From: Mytilus californianus
Taxonomy: Eukaryota
Direction: 5' to 3'
Assembly (NCBI RefSeq): GCF_021869535.1
Contig: NW_026262668.1
Span: 49,910,001-49,974,000, forward strand
DNA length: 64,000 nucleotides
The first letter of the stretch is position 1, and every line of letters begins with the position of its first letter. The notes below the pieces were generated by a model. The model ran no database searches. It worked only from the letters and a program-made list of their open reading frames with translations, and was not told the origin of the DNA. Made by a program: the position numbers and the translations under genes. This document shows, piece after piece, positions 13,872 through 25,890 of the stretch.

Positions 13872-14874
13872 TAACCATAAGTCGACAGAAAACAACACCA
13901 TAACAAAAGGACAAACATCAGAAAGACAAAAGTTGAAAGAAAAGCAATCTTTCCAGTTAATGTCAGTTCAGCATTAGTTTCATCAGGAACGACCAAAAAA
14001 CCAAAAGAAAAAAAAAAGGAAAGCCAATGATGCATAAGTGCTTCAATACGTGAGGAGCTATAAGCCCAAAAAGAAAATTCCAAATATGTACATTGCTCCA
14101 AGACTAACATGATCGCCAAAAAACACCACATGAAATCATTTATAAACACACTGCGGTCTGAATGGGATTTCTAAATTTGATGCCTTGTGTAACTGTTTGG
14201 AAAGTGTCACACTCTTTGCGCGTAAAAGAACCTTTCCTATAACCTCGTTCGAATAGGCAAACTTTTGCAAGGCAAAATGATTGCCTCTTCCAACCATTCC
14301 AGTATAATTGTTTGCTTCTACAATAAGACACAAGCACTATAGCCCCTCTTCTAAATCCCCCACTGATGACGAATAGAACGTCGCAATAACAGCTCATTGC
14401 TAATTCTATATATATATATAGAAACCATATTTTCAACAAAGAATGCTAAATCACTGTACATTTAACAGTGAATTGGAATATCAACTTATAGTTATTTATG
14501 AACAAATGAAGATGTGGGGGTATTCGCATATAAATAGACTGCAGTCCAACGACAAAAAAAAAACCGAATTCATTTAAAGGGCAACATGTATTCTCTAACA
14601 ATATAGAAAAGTTTTACCTCTCAATCATCCCGAATTACCAATTTAAAATTAGAAATCCTGAAACTTATACAACACAAATTGTAAATTTAGCTAAATCCGA
14701 AAAAATATAGGAATAAAATATGTCTATTGGGGTTGTTCTGTATTGTTTGGTTGCTGTCTTTTAGTTTTATTAAACTTATTATATTATACCAAAATCATGA
14801 TAATTTTGCAATGAAAAATATATCGGTAACCAGATAATACCTTTTGATTGCTTTTGTCGTCTGTCCATTATTAG

Positions 14875-15060
14875 ATGGGGCGGACAGGGGTCCCTGATTC
14901 CCTCTTCCATACCCTCCAACTCCTAATTCCCTCCTCCTTACTCCCAGATGAAAATCGGTCAATTCTTTCCCCCCAGAATATCCCTATTTTTTCTCCCACT
15001 CTTCCCCCGGTTTCCGCCTCCTTAAATCCCATGTCCTCTTATCCCTGTCCATCCCCTCAT
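14875..15060. mobile_element. Pyrimidine-skewed MITE (paralogue ~38327-38512; absent from unit C near 52130)
   Basis: Terminal inverted ggacaggg/ccctgtcc with many CCC tracts on the plus strand. Confidence 0.6.
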
Positions 15061-16169
15061 ATTATCTTTTTTGAACGAGTTATCTTTCACTTTTTTTAAG
15101 TTACAGAGCGGTAAGATAATCACAGTATATTAATATGACAAGTTACGTGGTTTAAAATATATATATATCAATAAAATTTTTACTAAAAATTTTTCAAGTC
15201 ACAAGAATGACAATTTGACAAACACATTAGAAAGCATATCGAAATTGTTCTGTGTAATGTTATGTGTGTTCAATCAAATTTAAATATCATGCACTTCTCA
15301 TCCCCTTTACATTTAAAAGGTTCAAAAATGCAAGACAACATGTTCAGTTCCAAAATGATTGAAATGTTAATGCTGCAGCATGAAAGAAATTCATTCGTAG
15401 CATCCATATTTCAGTTATATCAACTTTTTTCCGGAAAAGGGAGGGTACATTTAAAACTTTTCGCTTTTAATCCAGGGGATCCATGAACTTTGCAGAATCG
15501 CCCGAATTTATTGAATTGTTTATTTGTTCTCGTCCTAAAATACCTTAAATGTTTGCAACTGAACATACAGCAAACATTTATTTCATATATGTAGATTTTA
15601 AATTTTATGTTTTTTTTACATATCTCAAAGACGAATAAATAAGGTTAGATTGAATGTGAGTGTGTATTTTATTCAGAACAAGAAGAAAAACTGCACTGCC
15701 ACCATCAGAGTATTCAATTCAATGCTCTCGTTGTTTTATTTAGTCTTAAAAAACTAATCCACTATATATATTGGGGTACGTAAAATGAGCATCGACAACA
15801 ATGTCTTTGTGCATATTAAGTATAGAATACATATTAATAAAACTTTATTTTGATTCGGCATACAAAGGTTATACAGAATTTGGATACATTTGCTTTCGTC
15901 ACATATTAAATGTTCTGCTGACTTAAATGTTAGGGTAAAGGTAACTACTTTAATAATTACAATTTACCCGTCAGGAAAATACATGTCTGTAATATATCAA
16001 ACAATGACCGCATTTAATCGCTTAGTATTCTTCAAATTCATAATACACGTAAATGCATTAAAGAAATAAAAATTTCATGTTTAATGATATTTTTTTTTTT
16101 TTTTTTTTATATATACATGTATCGGTTGATATTGCGAACTTTTAATGCGTTTTACAAAATATTTACAAT

Positions 16170-16285
16170 GGCCAATCAAAACGATTGAGAATACTATAGT
16201 AGGGGTATATAAATATTGCTTTGCTGAGCAGGAAACTCAAAGATTTTACAGGTTTAAGCATTAATTTTTCAAATCAACTGTAAGT
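16170..16285 (+). promoter_or_regulatory. Core promoter and non-coding exon 1 of copy 1
   Basis: CCAAT at 16172-16176, TATATAAA at 16206-16213, Inr-like TCA at 16237-16239, donor CT|GTAAGT at 16279/16280. All are conserved in copy 3. Exon 2 begins at 19044 after tttttag. No upstream ATG. Confidence 0.7.
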
Positions 16286-17169
16286 ATATTTAAACTACAA
16301 TAAGATCTTAACTTTCAAGTAACAGTCCGCATTCATGAAAATCTTTGCAGACCCAATTCACTGGGGTTAAACTGCAGTTAAGGAAAACCAAGATATAAAA
16401 AGGAAAACTAGGAAAAATTTATTGGAGAGAATAAGAAGTAAATTTTTTTAAAGTAAATGTATAAAAGAAACAAGAATTTCATGTTTATTTATTTATTTTT
16501 ATTTTTATTTTTTTTATGTCCGTAACGGTAAATGTCAGGGAAATAGTTGACGTGTTTATTGATAAGAGAATGTTATCAGAAATTTTCAAAAATATCTCTA
16601 CAGTTACAAACATTGTCATGAAAACTTTTACGTTAGGAGTTATCATAAACTGTTGTTTCTGAAAAACAATCAAATTCACTGACCCAAATTTCCATATAAA
16701 TACTTACGCCGAAATCTAGTTTTGAGTTTGCCTTGTTAAAGACACTATGCACAAAATATGACCAGTATACTCGTCTTGTATAAATTGAAGTTCATGCAGA
16801 TGTATATCTATATTATTGAATAGTTATAGAAAGGTAATGACAATATTAGGTCCGTCGTCATAGATTTGCCTCAACATCCTCAATTTTATACAATCTAAAT
16901 ACCGGAAAAGATGGTTTGACTCTTATAGGGTGAGTGATGAATATTGGTTGCTTAATGTTCAGTGACAAATATTTCATGCATGTTCCAAATAAATTCAGAT
17001 ATAGGTTCTGCAATATTTATAACCATATTTCTATACCTAGGTCGCCCTTTGAGTTGCTAGGTGTATACGTTTCCCTGTGTGTTAAAATATGTGGCAATAT
17101 CTTTAACATATAAGTCATTTGCATTTGCCTGCAGCAGATTATAATTTATCGTTTTTTTGCTGAACAAGT

Positions 17170-17320
17170 ATACATTATTGTTTAGGGACCAGCTAAAGCC
17201 CGTCCCGGGTGCGGGATTTTCTCGCTTGGTTGAAGACCCATTCGTGGCCTTTGGCTGTTTTCTGCTCTTTGGTCGGGTTGTCTCTTTTACACATTAACCG
17301 TTTCCATTCTCAACTCTATA
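17170..17320 (+). repeat. High-copy interspersed repeat tail in intron 1 of copy 1
   Basis: gggattttctcgct..gttgaagaccca..gtggcctttggctg..ttggtcgggttgtctct, recognised as a mussel-type repeat. Confidence 0.5.
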
Positions 17321-18394
17321 ATACTGGTTATATTTTCCACATTATAATGACAATTTTCTCATTGCTATGATATCATCGTAACAATTCAAATACAATTTGG
17401 ACCTATCAGAATAATTTTCTAGTTATTCAATGTTATCAGTTACGGACGTAAATTATTTTTTTCTCTATTTACGTGACATTAGCCCGATTTTTCTAACGGA
17501 TGATTTCTTCACTACACTAAACGGTAACTTCTTCAAATGATACGTTCCTGGGGCTTTGTTCACCAAAAAATCTTCTAACACTACAAAATGGATCGTAAGT
17601 TATACTGAAATGCTCATGAAATGTATGTTTTCTCTTAGAACTTTTTGTCAAATGAGTCGCAGTGTTGTTCCCTTTCTAGATTAACCAATATAAATACCAA
17701 AATTCATAAAGACAATTTTATCTTATGAATTTAAAGAAAGTTATTTTACCTCATTTACCGTCAAACATCTTATGATGCAGTTACGGATTAAGTTTAACTC
17801 CAGTTTCAGCAAAATATTCGGTGATATCGTTAATTTTTTCCTTTTTTCAAATGTTATTATTATTTTTGTTTGTAATTTTTTAGCTTTATGAACTGATGTT
17901 AATATTAGCGCATGCCAATTATTATAATATATTTTATTATAATATATAATGTCGGGTATAATCGGGTATAAAAATACTACCCGAGAATATGATATGGGCA
18001 CTGTGATCAAAATATTTTAAATTTTACCTATAATACTGTAGATGTTTGGAATGGATTCCAAATACTTTACTAGTAATAAATTTTTCCTCGACCTGTATAA
18101 TTGTCTTTCTGAAGACAATATGTTACTTATATATTTGTAATAATAACTACGGAAATAAAAAATGTATATTCCCTAACTGCCTGAGAACTATTATATACAA
18201 ATGAAAGTATTTTTTGTTTGAAATGTAATTATAAACGTTGACAAATAACAGAACTAAGCATTACACGACTGTAATAAGTTTTACTATTTAATAATTTTAT
18301 CTAAAACATGACTTACAGAGTAAATTCAGTCCCTGTTCTTAATTACGATCAGCGAACTGTTCTAATTGAATTATTAGTGATACTTTCATAACAA

Positions 18395-18632
18395 TAAATT
18401 ACCAAAACTTTGATTTTTCCAAAAAAACTAAAGATTTTCTACCACAGGAATAGATTATATTAGCTGTATTTACCAAAACCTTTTGGAATTTTAGGTCCTC
18501 AGTGCTGTTCAACTTCGTACTTTTTTGTCCTGTTTAACCTTTTTATTCGAGCGTCACTGATGAGTCTTTTGTAGATGATACGCGCGTGTGTCGTGCACAA
18601 GTTTAATCCTGGTATTTATGATGAGTTTATTT
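18395..18632 (+). mobile_element. Retrozyme-type repeat with a degenerate type I hammerhead core, in intron 1 of copy 1
   Basis: CTGATGA at 18557-18563, stem II gtct-tttgt-agat, GATA in place of GAAA at 18577-18580, then cgcgcgt. More decayed relatives at 48210-48305 and 55300-55600. Confidence 0.6.
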
Positions 18633-19078
18633 ACGGTCAAGGCTAGTTTATTAAAGTTCTACCTAATGATTGATCCTGACAGTTCTACATTTAACAGTTT
18701 TAGACATTACTAGGGTAAAACTGATGCAAACAGATCTGTGACTTATTAGTCTGATAGTTTTAAAGAGAGGTAAGAACTGATTCAAACTGTACGTCAATGA
18801 GATAACAACCCAAAGACACAAATCAACAAGGGACATTATGCATGAAATCAACATACAACCTATTTTAACAGTCAAAAGCAAAATTTAGTACATTAAAATC
18901 GACTCGTTATTTACTATATAAATGTTCTGACTGTTAAATACACTGTTCAAAAACAAAGAGAGCTAAACATTGGAAACTGCTATTAGAGCGATTTAAGTTA
19001 TCTTAATTTTGATTATTGAAATTATGATTTTTAAATTTTTTAGATATTTATCCCTGATCCCTGATTATAACCAAGAAT

Positions 19079-22000
19079 ATGAAGTATTTCGTCGTTGTAT
19101 TGGTACTTTCACTCTGTGTTGCAGGTAAAAGGATTATATATCAAATATTTTGCTGTACATATACAGTTTGAACCTTTATCAAATTTGCATGCGTGTGTAC
19201 GGTTATTATATGCTACTAGTAGGGTATCTCTGCAAAATTAGGTAAAAGTTGTGCAAAGTGTATATTTTAATACTAATTAGTGCATACATGTATATATCTT
19301 TCCGTAAATTTCAAATCTGAAAATTAGTTAAAATTCAAGAACAATACATGTTAGGATTTTGTTTTTTATGTTTTTAGTGCCGATCTGATGGATCAAGCCT
19401 TTGCCAATTGATTTTCATTATTTGTTCTAAAGAATTCTGTTAGCACACTGTTCCAGTAAGGAGAGGGTTTATCGTTTAACATGCTAAACATTTTGTACGT
19501 GCTGGTCCTAATTCAGGATCCTGTAATTCAACGGTTGTCATTGGGTGCTGTATACATCATATATTTGTCGTTGGTTTTTGATTTTAAATTGTTTCATATT
19601 ATGTTATCCCGAGCCTTATATAACTTACTATAATGTGTGGGTTTGCCCATTGTTGAATGCAAAAGAGTGCCCTATATATCGTTGTTTACATCCTCGTCTT
19701 TTGATCACTGGTGGACAGTTTTTTGCAATCATACCACATCTCCGTTTTTTTATCTACCAATTTTGAAACATGAAGTTATGAACTAATTTTCAAATGAGTA
19801 TAGTTGGTCATTAAATGTAGGATGAAGTTCCCTTAAACTTATATCAAACCAGGACATGTTGCAATGCAAACTTTCTGCCCCTATCCAATATATCCTTATT
19901 TCCCAATGGCAGTCAAAATTTTTAAAATTCATCCAGATCGACCCACTTAAAAGAACCTACCTATTGCATTTATTGTTAATTTGTTCTCGTCCTGAACATG
20001 CATGAATATTTGTTCTGGCTGTTACGTGTAAACAAACAACACACTATCAAACAATTGTCATTCAATGCAAATTTAACTAGCCCGTGATGAACATCAGGTA
20101 TATAGTGTGACATTTAATGTCAACAAAACTACTATATTGATCTGAAATCGATTTTATATTAGACAAAAAAGAGCATCAAGACGGCACCGCCAGTTCAGCA
20201 GAAACAATTTGCCCTTCCATGGCAACTTCAAATTCAAATTGAATGAGTTCGTATTGATCAATATAAATGTTTATTTTAGTGTTTTGTTGATAGTTGCTGG
20301 TCTTTTCGTCTTTTTTCTTACAGTCGTTGCGGTGTCTTATCTATCTTCAACTGAGAGGTTTTATTGTCCTTTTGGTGTTCTTAATTTCTTTATGAATTTT
20401 TTGTATGAAACACAATCGCCTCCAGATCAAAAAAGCAGCTTTGTTGACATGAAATGTCTAATTTGTATACCGGATATGTATAATTTAATGAAACAATAAA
20501 GATAAAATATTAATCTGCAGCTACTTTGGGTCTATACTAAAGGATGATAGTTGCCATACTGAAATGCCAGTTATACTGATTCAGAATATAAAAATGTGCG
20601 GCTACTAAGCTAAACATTTTAACCCAATATCAAAAACTAATAAATAAAAAGACTTCTCTCAAATAAAAGCACTATCTGTATTCCCAAGTCATAGGATTTA
20701 CTGCTGGATTTTAAAAATCCAGAAAATCATATTTCTTTACCACAGTTAAAGCTTCGAATAACATTTTAATGAAAATATATCATAATAAGAACTGTCATTT
20801 TACACTTTGGTTATTGGATGAATTTATCCTTGTATACTGCGTATATCAACAAATTAATTATCATGTTTTCAGGATTGCATGCTAAAAAGCAGCATATGGC
20901 CCGCTATAATTTCGACCAGTTTTGTCCTCATGCACAACTAAGATGTCATTGGTGGTGTCGATCCTGGGGATTTGATAAAGGAGTGTGCGAAGGGCCTGGA
21001 GACACCATGTGTTGGTGTTTTTGGAGTATTGGACCGTAAGTACCGCAAACGTAGCTAGATTTGACTCTGTTTACGAACTACTTGTCACAGAATGTTGAAT
21101 GATAAAAAAAGCTTATGGTTTATCACAAGTGCCTAAAAAATAGGGCGAGGAAACAAGGGGCAATCAAACATAAGTCGAGGAAAAATAGACATCACCCTAG
21201 CCAAAACGATTCAAAGACGAAATGACAAAACAATACTGAATAATCCACAAAACTAGATTTGACTCTGTTTACGAACTACTTGTCACAGAATGTTGAATGA
21301 TAAAAAAAGCTTATGGTTTATCACAAGTGCCTAAAAAATAGGGCGAGGAAACAAGGGGCAATCAAACATAAGTCGAGGAAAAATAGACATCACCCTAGCC
21401 AAAACGATTCAAAGACGAAATGACAAAACAATACTGAATAATCCACAAAACGAAACCCGGTAGATGAACTTAGTGCACCGGGAGGGAAGTAGTAACTGCT
21501 CCCCTAGTTGCTCATAGAAAGGAAATAGATAAAAAGTCGCATTTGATAATGTTATAAGTCGGTAAGAAGAGGAGCAACGTTGGTTCCCATACGAAGGCCG
21601 ATTGTCCGTTGAAAAGCACGTCCTCCAAACGTATTAAAGATTTGGTGGATAAAAAAAACACCCAGTTTTTTTATGATGTCTGTTTCAATTTTGTTTTAAT
21701 CGGAATTTGGTTTCAACGTATAATTTGTATCTACGTTGGCATTTTTTGTATACAAAGTTTACATTTGTCTTTAAGTTCAGAATAAAGATTAAACGTTGAA
21801 GTAACAGTTAGTCCTTCAACATGAAGTGTTGGCAATTTATTATTCTGATATATCATATTCGAAAACAGCAAAAAAGAAGAAAAAAATGAAATCAGAATCA
21901 AGTTTGATTGAAAAAATAACTGTTAAAACATATAATGTCTGCTTGTACATCTTGCAAACTGAACTTAACCTAAATACAGATAATATGAATAAAATTATAT

Positions 22001-22713
22001 TTGCAATATACGCCTCATGAGACAGCAACCCGACAACAGAAAACTCCGAAAACATCGAGGGGTCAATATTACTGAGATTGCAATAAACTTTCCAGCAGAA
22101 CCTTTACGTGTATCTTATTATTTCGAGTTAAAAATTGATTCACGATAAATTGTATTAAACTATTATCCAAGCATATGGAAAACGACTACATTTAATTTTG
22201 TTTTTAAGAAATAAAATGTTGACGTGTGCTCTATTTGGAAAATTTCACCTCTTAAAATACACAAACGTGAACAGCAGAGTGTTTTATATTGACTGTGATT
22301 GAACACTTACATGTAAACTAACCAATACATGTAAGAAGAAAATTTGGACATTAAAGTGTACATACCAATCAGTGCACACAACATGCATTTATTATACTAT
22401 AGTGCCTTTAACACATACAGTAAACACTTATATGTACAGAAGTTGTGAATATTTAAAACGTATCTAAAACCAAGTAGATTAAACAGAGAAAGATGCAATT
22501 CTTAGAATATTTAGAATACATTTTAAGGATTACAGTACCGTCGAAAATATCAACAAATTGAATATATATGTGTGTTATATAAATAAATTATGACATGCAG
22601 TTCAGTTCTTAAGTAAATGTGTTGGTCGTTTGAACAATTTCTATTAATGAAATGTTTATATTTTCAGAATGCCTAGTCTTCAAGGAAAGTCAAAAATTGC
22701 ACATGAAAAGTAA
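19079..22713 (+). CDS. Defensin-like CS-alpha-beta peptide precursor, copy 1 (intact, 84 aa): MKYFVVVLVLSLCVAGLHAKKQHMARYNFDQFCPHAQLRCHWWCRSWGFDKGVCEGPGDTMCWCFWSIGPMPSLQGKSKIAHEK
   Basis: Coding exons 19079-19124, 20873-21035 and 22668-22713 total 255 nt (85 codons). All introns are GT..AG with compatible phases (1, then 2). Exon 2 encodes a hydrophobic signal peptide. Exon 3 has C-x6-C-x3-C-x9-C-x7-C-x-C with a GxC gamma-core, the spacing of scorpion/tick-type invertebrate defensins. AATAAA at 22728-22733. The same architecture recurs in the paralogues. Confidence 0.88.
19490..19760 (+). repeat. Retroelement 3' tail in intron 2 of copy 1
   Basis: Same family as 25600-25890 (..gggtttgcccattgttgaa..caatcataccacatct). 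Confidence 0.55.
19845..20050 (+). mobile_element. SINE 3' portion in intron 2 (longer copy 60420-60830; truncated copy 44700-44765)
   Basis: ..ctgccctatccaatata..tggcagtc..ttgcatttattgttaatttgttctcgtcctgaacatgcatga.. is shared across the three paralogous introns. Confidence 0.6.
21055..21450. repeat. Perfect 198-bp tandem duplication in intron 3 of copy 1
   Basis: 21055-21252 equals 21253-21450. Copy 2 has a single diverged unit. Confidence 0.95.
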
Positions 22714-24431
22714 CACTTTATTTAATGAATAAAGTATCGTAAACACAAGTGTTACATTTCTCACATAACCTTTTTACTGAAATGCTGTTAATACAATGTA
22801 TAACTAAAATACTAAGAAGAAATTTCTCACAACTTTCAACAGCAAGGGATACAGGCGTTAAATATATATACTAATTCGTTTAAAATGGGTCTTGATTCAA
22901 ATAGTCTAATGTTTTTGAATACTATCTGGTCGCTCACAAATGGTGTTGAGTTTTTTATATTTCGTTGTTCCAGTTAGAAGTACTAGTCCTATTGTTACCT
23001 GCACTATGCGTTTTTTAAATGTGTTTTAGTTTTCAATATATTGCCTAGATAGGCAAACTAGGGAGGTCCGTGTGTAAAACTGGTTAAACACCACCACATT
23101 TTGTGCCTATAGTGTACATGAACCAGCTCCAGCTATTAACACCATGTGGTGTTTGTTGTTGTTTGCCTTTGTTTGAACGTCTTTTTATCGGATGAGTCGG
23201 GTGTCCGGAATTGATTGGATATGTTGTATAGTGATCATTAATTTGATGTATTATTACATACATTACATTTCATAGTTTGATAAACTGTTAGTATTACCTT
23301 CTCAATGTATTGTCTGACATTCGTATTGAATTTTGGATAGTATTAAAAAAAAACATATGTCATTTAAAGTAACATTTTTATCAAGTTTATTTCAATTGAC
23401 ACACTTGTTCCTTAGTCACGGCCTCCAAACATCGGATTGTCAACTCCTCTTTAAATGTCAACAACAATAAAAAAATATTGATTAATCGAAATATTTAGTC
23501 AAATATATATAAAACAAGTGTATTCTGACAAAAGATATGGATACTCAAGTTGTATTCGTAAATACAAAATCAATGTTTAATAATTGTCTCATTTAAGTGG
23601 TGTAATAGACTGCAATTTGTTAAGTATTGCCGTGTAGTTAAAAATGAGAATATTGTCGGTTCTCAGTGTTATTTTAGATACTCACAGTTCTTGCTTAATA
23701 GAGTTCAATGTTTATTTTTGGTGCCCCTTTTTAACCTTAAAAATTCTATTCTATTTATTCTACCTTTTACGACGTTTTCATCAATGGCAGAAGCAGATCC
23801 TAGATTTTCCGAAGAAATTAAAAAACAAAGGAGACGGTGTACATCCCAAAATGTTTACTTACCATTCTCATGATTCTGTAAAGAGATAGAGGTACGTGAC
23901 AAAAAGGTTTGGACTGAAAAACAACTGTGAAGGTATAGCAGTTGAGTTCTCCACCTGAGAACTGACCTCCCACCTTCTCACATTAAATCACAAAAATAAA
24001 AATGTTTTCCCTGTCTGTGAAGTACATTTTAAAATGATAACAGGAACTTTGAAAAATATTGGAAAGGTACAACTGACTACACCAAACACTAACAACCAAC
24101 TCCTCCGAAAATAAAAGAGGACAAACAAACAAAAAACAAAACCAAACATAACAATATTATTTGTAAAAATATAACAATGCTGTAACACAGGTTCTAACAT
24201 GGCGTGCATATGTAAACACAGTATGACAAGGGTTTGTTGAAATCATTAAAAGGAGAAATTAATCACATTTGTTAACCTTTCGATTGAAGGAGGGACGTAT
24301 ATGTCTATAAGTTTAATTCATGCAAGCACCTGTTAATTAGTGTATCTCTTTCAAATAATACATCGAAGATTATACAGTGTAATAATTTTCTGCAATGGTT
24401 ACAATGTGACGTCATTATAACATGAAGTCTA

Positions 24432-25890
24432 GCAGACTTATTCTTGTACTGTTATGAATCACATATTATGGCCAAACTCAGTAAACACCCTTCTAAATTG
24501 CATTCAATTGATAAATTCAACAACACTTACCGTTATCTTGATGATACTTTTTCGTTAAATAATCAAGAATTTTCAAAATATACTGCCGAAATTTACCCAA
24601 AGGAACTTACTTTAAATAAATCAAATATAAAAAGTAATAACTGTCCTTTCTTAGATTAAGGTATTGCAGTTTTACACGGGAAACACTACATTAAAATTTA
24701 CGACAAAAAAGACAATTTTTCGTTTCCTATTTTTAATTTTCCTATTTTGGACGGTGGTGTACCTTTGGCACCATCTTCCGGTGGTTTCATATCACAACTC
24801 GTTCTCTATGCCCGTGTCTATTTTGACGTTTTGGATTTCAATGAACGTAATCTATGTTTTACTGGTTAATTATTAAGTCATGGATTTCGTTACCACCATT
24901 TCTTAAACCCTTTACTAAATTCTACTATAGATACACAGATTTGGTTTGGAAATTTATTTGTACCCATAGAAAACTTATTTCAAACGGGATAACACATCCC
25001 AATTTTTACAGAGATGTTGTTTACCGAGCCCGGAAATTTAGATACGATCCAGGTAAACTTATCAATCCTTTAGATAAACTTATTCTAAAATGTTAACAAT
25101 TCAAAACTGTAATTAGATCTTTGAATATTGTTTTTATTGGTATAGATATTGATTTTCCTATCAGTAAATTGATATCAAACTAAATATTATTTTGATATAC
25201 ATTTGCACATCCATGGCTCTGCAATATGTCGATACCTGTATCTTAGTATTGCACAATGTCATGTTTTTCTCTGACTGTTAAAGACAACTTTACACTGAAT
25301 CCATTGAATGTTGGGTGTGTACTGATTGTTAGTTTAGTCTTAGATGCATGATTTTATTTGGGTAGTTATTGGCTTTGAACTAGCTGTCCGTAACTGCGAG
25401 TACTCTCAGATCTGTACTTGATGTCTTTTTTGTTATGGGGATGTATAAGTATCCTGCCACGTCCAGTCTGTGTTTTATTATGTGTATTTCTGCTTTGTAT
25501 CGATATGATGAGTTGAGACTTTTTTTTTTTCGTTCTTATGTTGTACTTTTACACTACTGTCCAAGATTGGGGAGGGATGGCGCCTTCAAACTAGTTTAAC
25601 CCCGCCACATTCTGTATGTGCCTGTCCCAAGTCAGCCAATCGGTGGTTGGCGTTTGTTGCTGTATATCATATTTGTTTCTCGTTCATCATTTTGTAAATA
25701 AATCAGGACGTTAGTTTTCTCGTTTTAATTGTTTTACATTTGTCATTTCGGGGTCTTTTATAGCCGACTATGTGGTATGGGTTTTGCTCAGTGTTGACGA
25801 CCGTACGATGATCTATAGTTGTTAACTTCTATGTCATTTGTCTCTGGTGGAGAGTTGTCTCATTGGCAATAACACCACATCTTCTTAATT
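24432..25890 (+). mobile_element. Penelope-like RT relic with longer 3' tail (paralogue of 3000-3975)
   Basis: ORF 24444-24659 contains YRYLDD..CPFLD. The 3' tail at 25490-25890 is deleted in unit A. Confidence 0.8.

Larger units (their letters stand above)
1..21435. repeat. Tandem segmental duplication unit A
   Basis: Bases 1 onward recur at 21436 onward, and collinear homology with unit B runs to the defensin exons. Confidence 0.95.

Noticed and set aside
14364-14390. CTGATGA as a hammerhead core (also 37801, and minus strand near 13981)
   Set aside because: No stem II followed by GAAA in the right geometry.
18913-18925. TATATAAA 130 bp upstream of exon 2 as the copy 1 promoter
   Set aside because: Not conserved in copies 2 or 3, and exon 2 has a strong conserved acceptor. 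The CCAAT/TATA/donor module at 16170-16285 is conserved.
20818-20872. N-terminus MNLSLYTAYINKLIIMFS of the 73-aa ORF in the track
   Set aside because: It is intron 2 read-through up to the ttttcag acceptor. It is not a signal peptide, and it is not open in copies 2 or 3.
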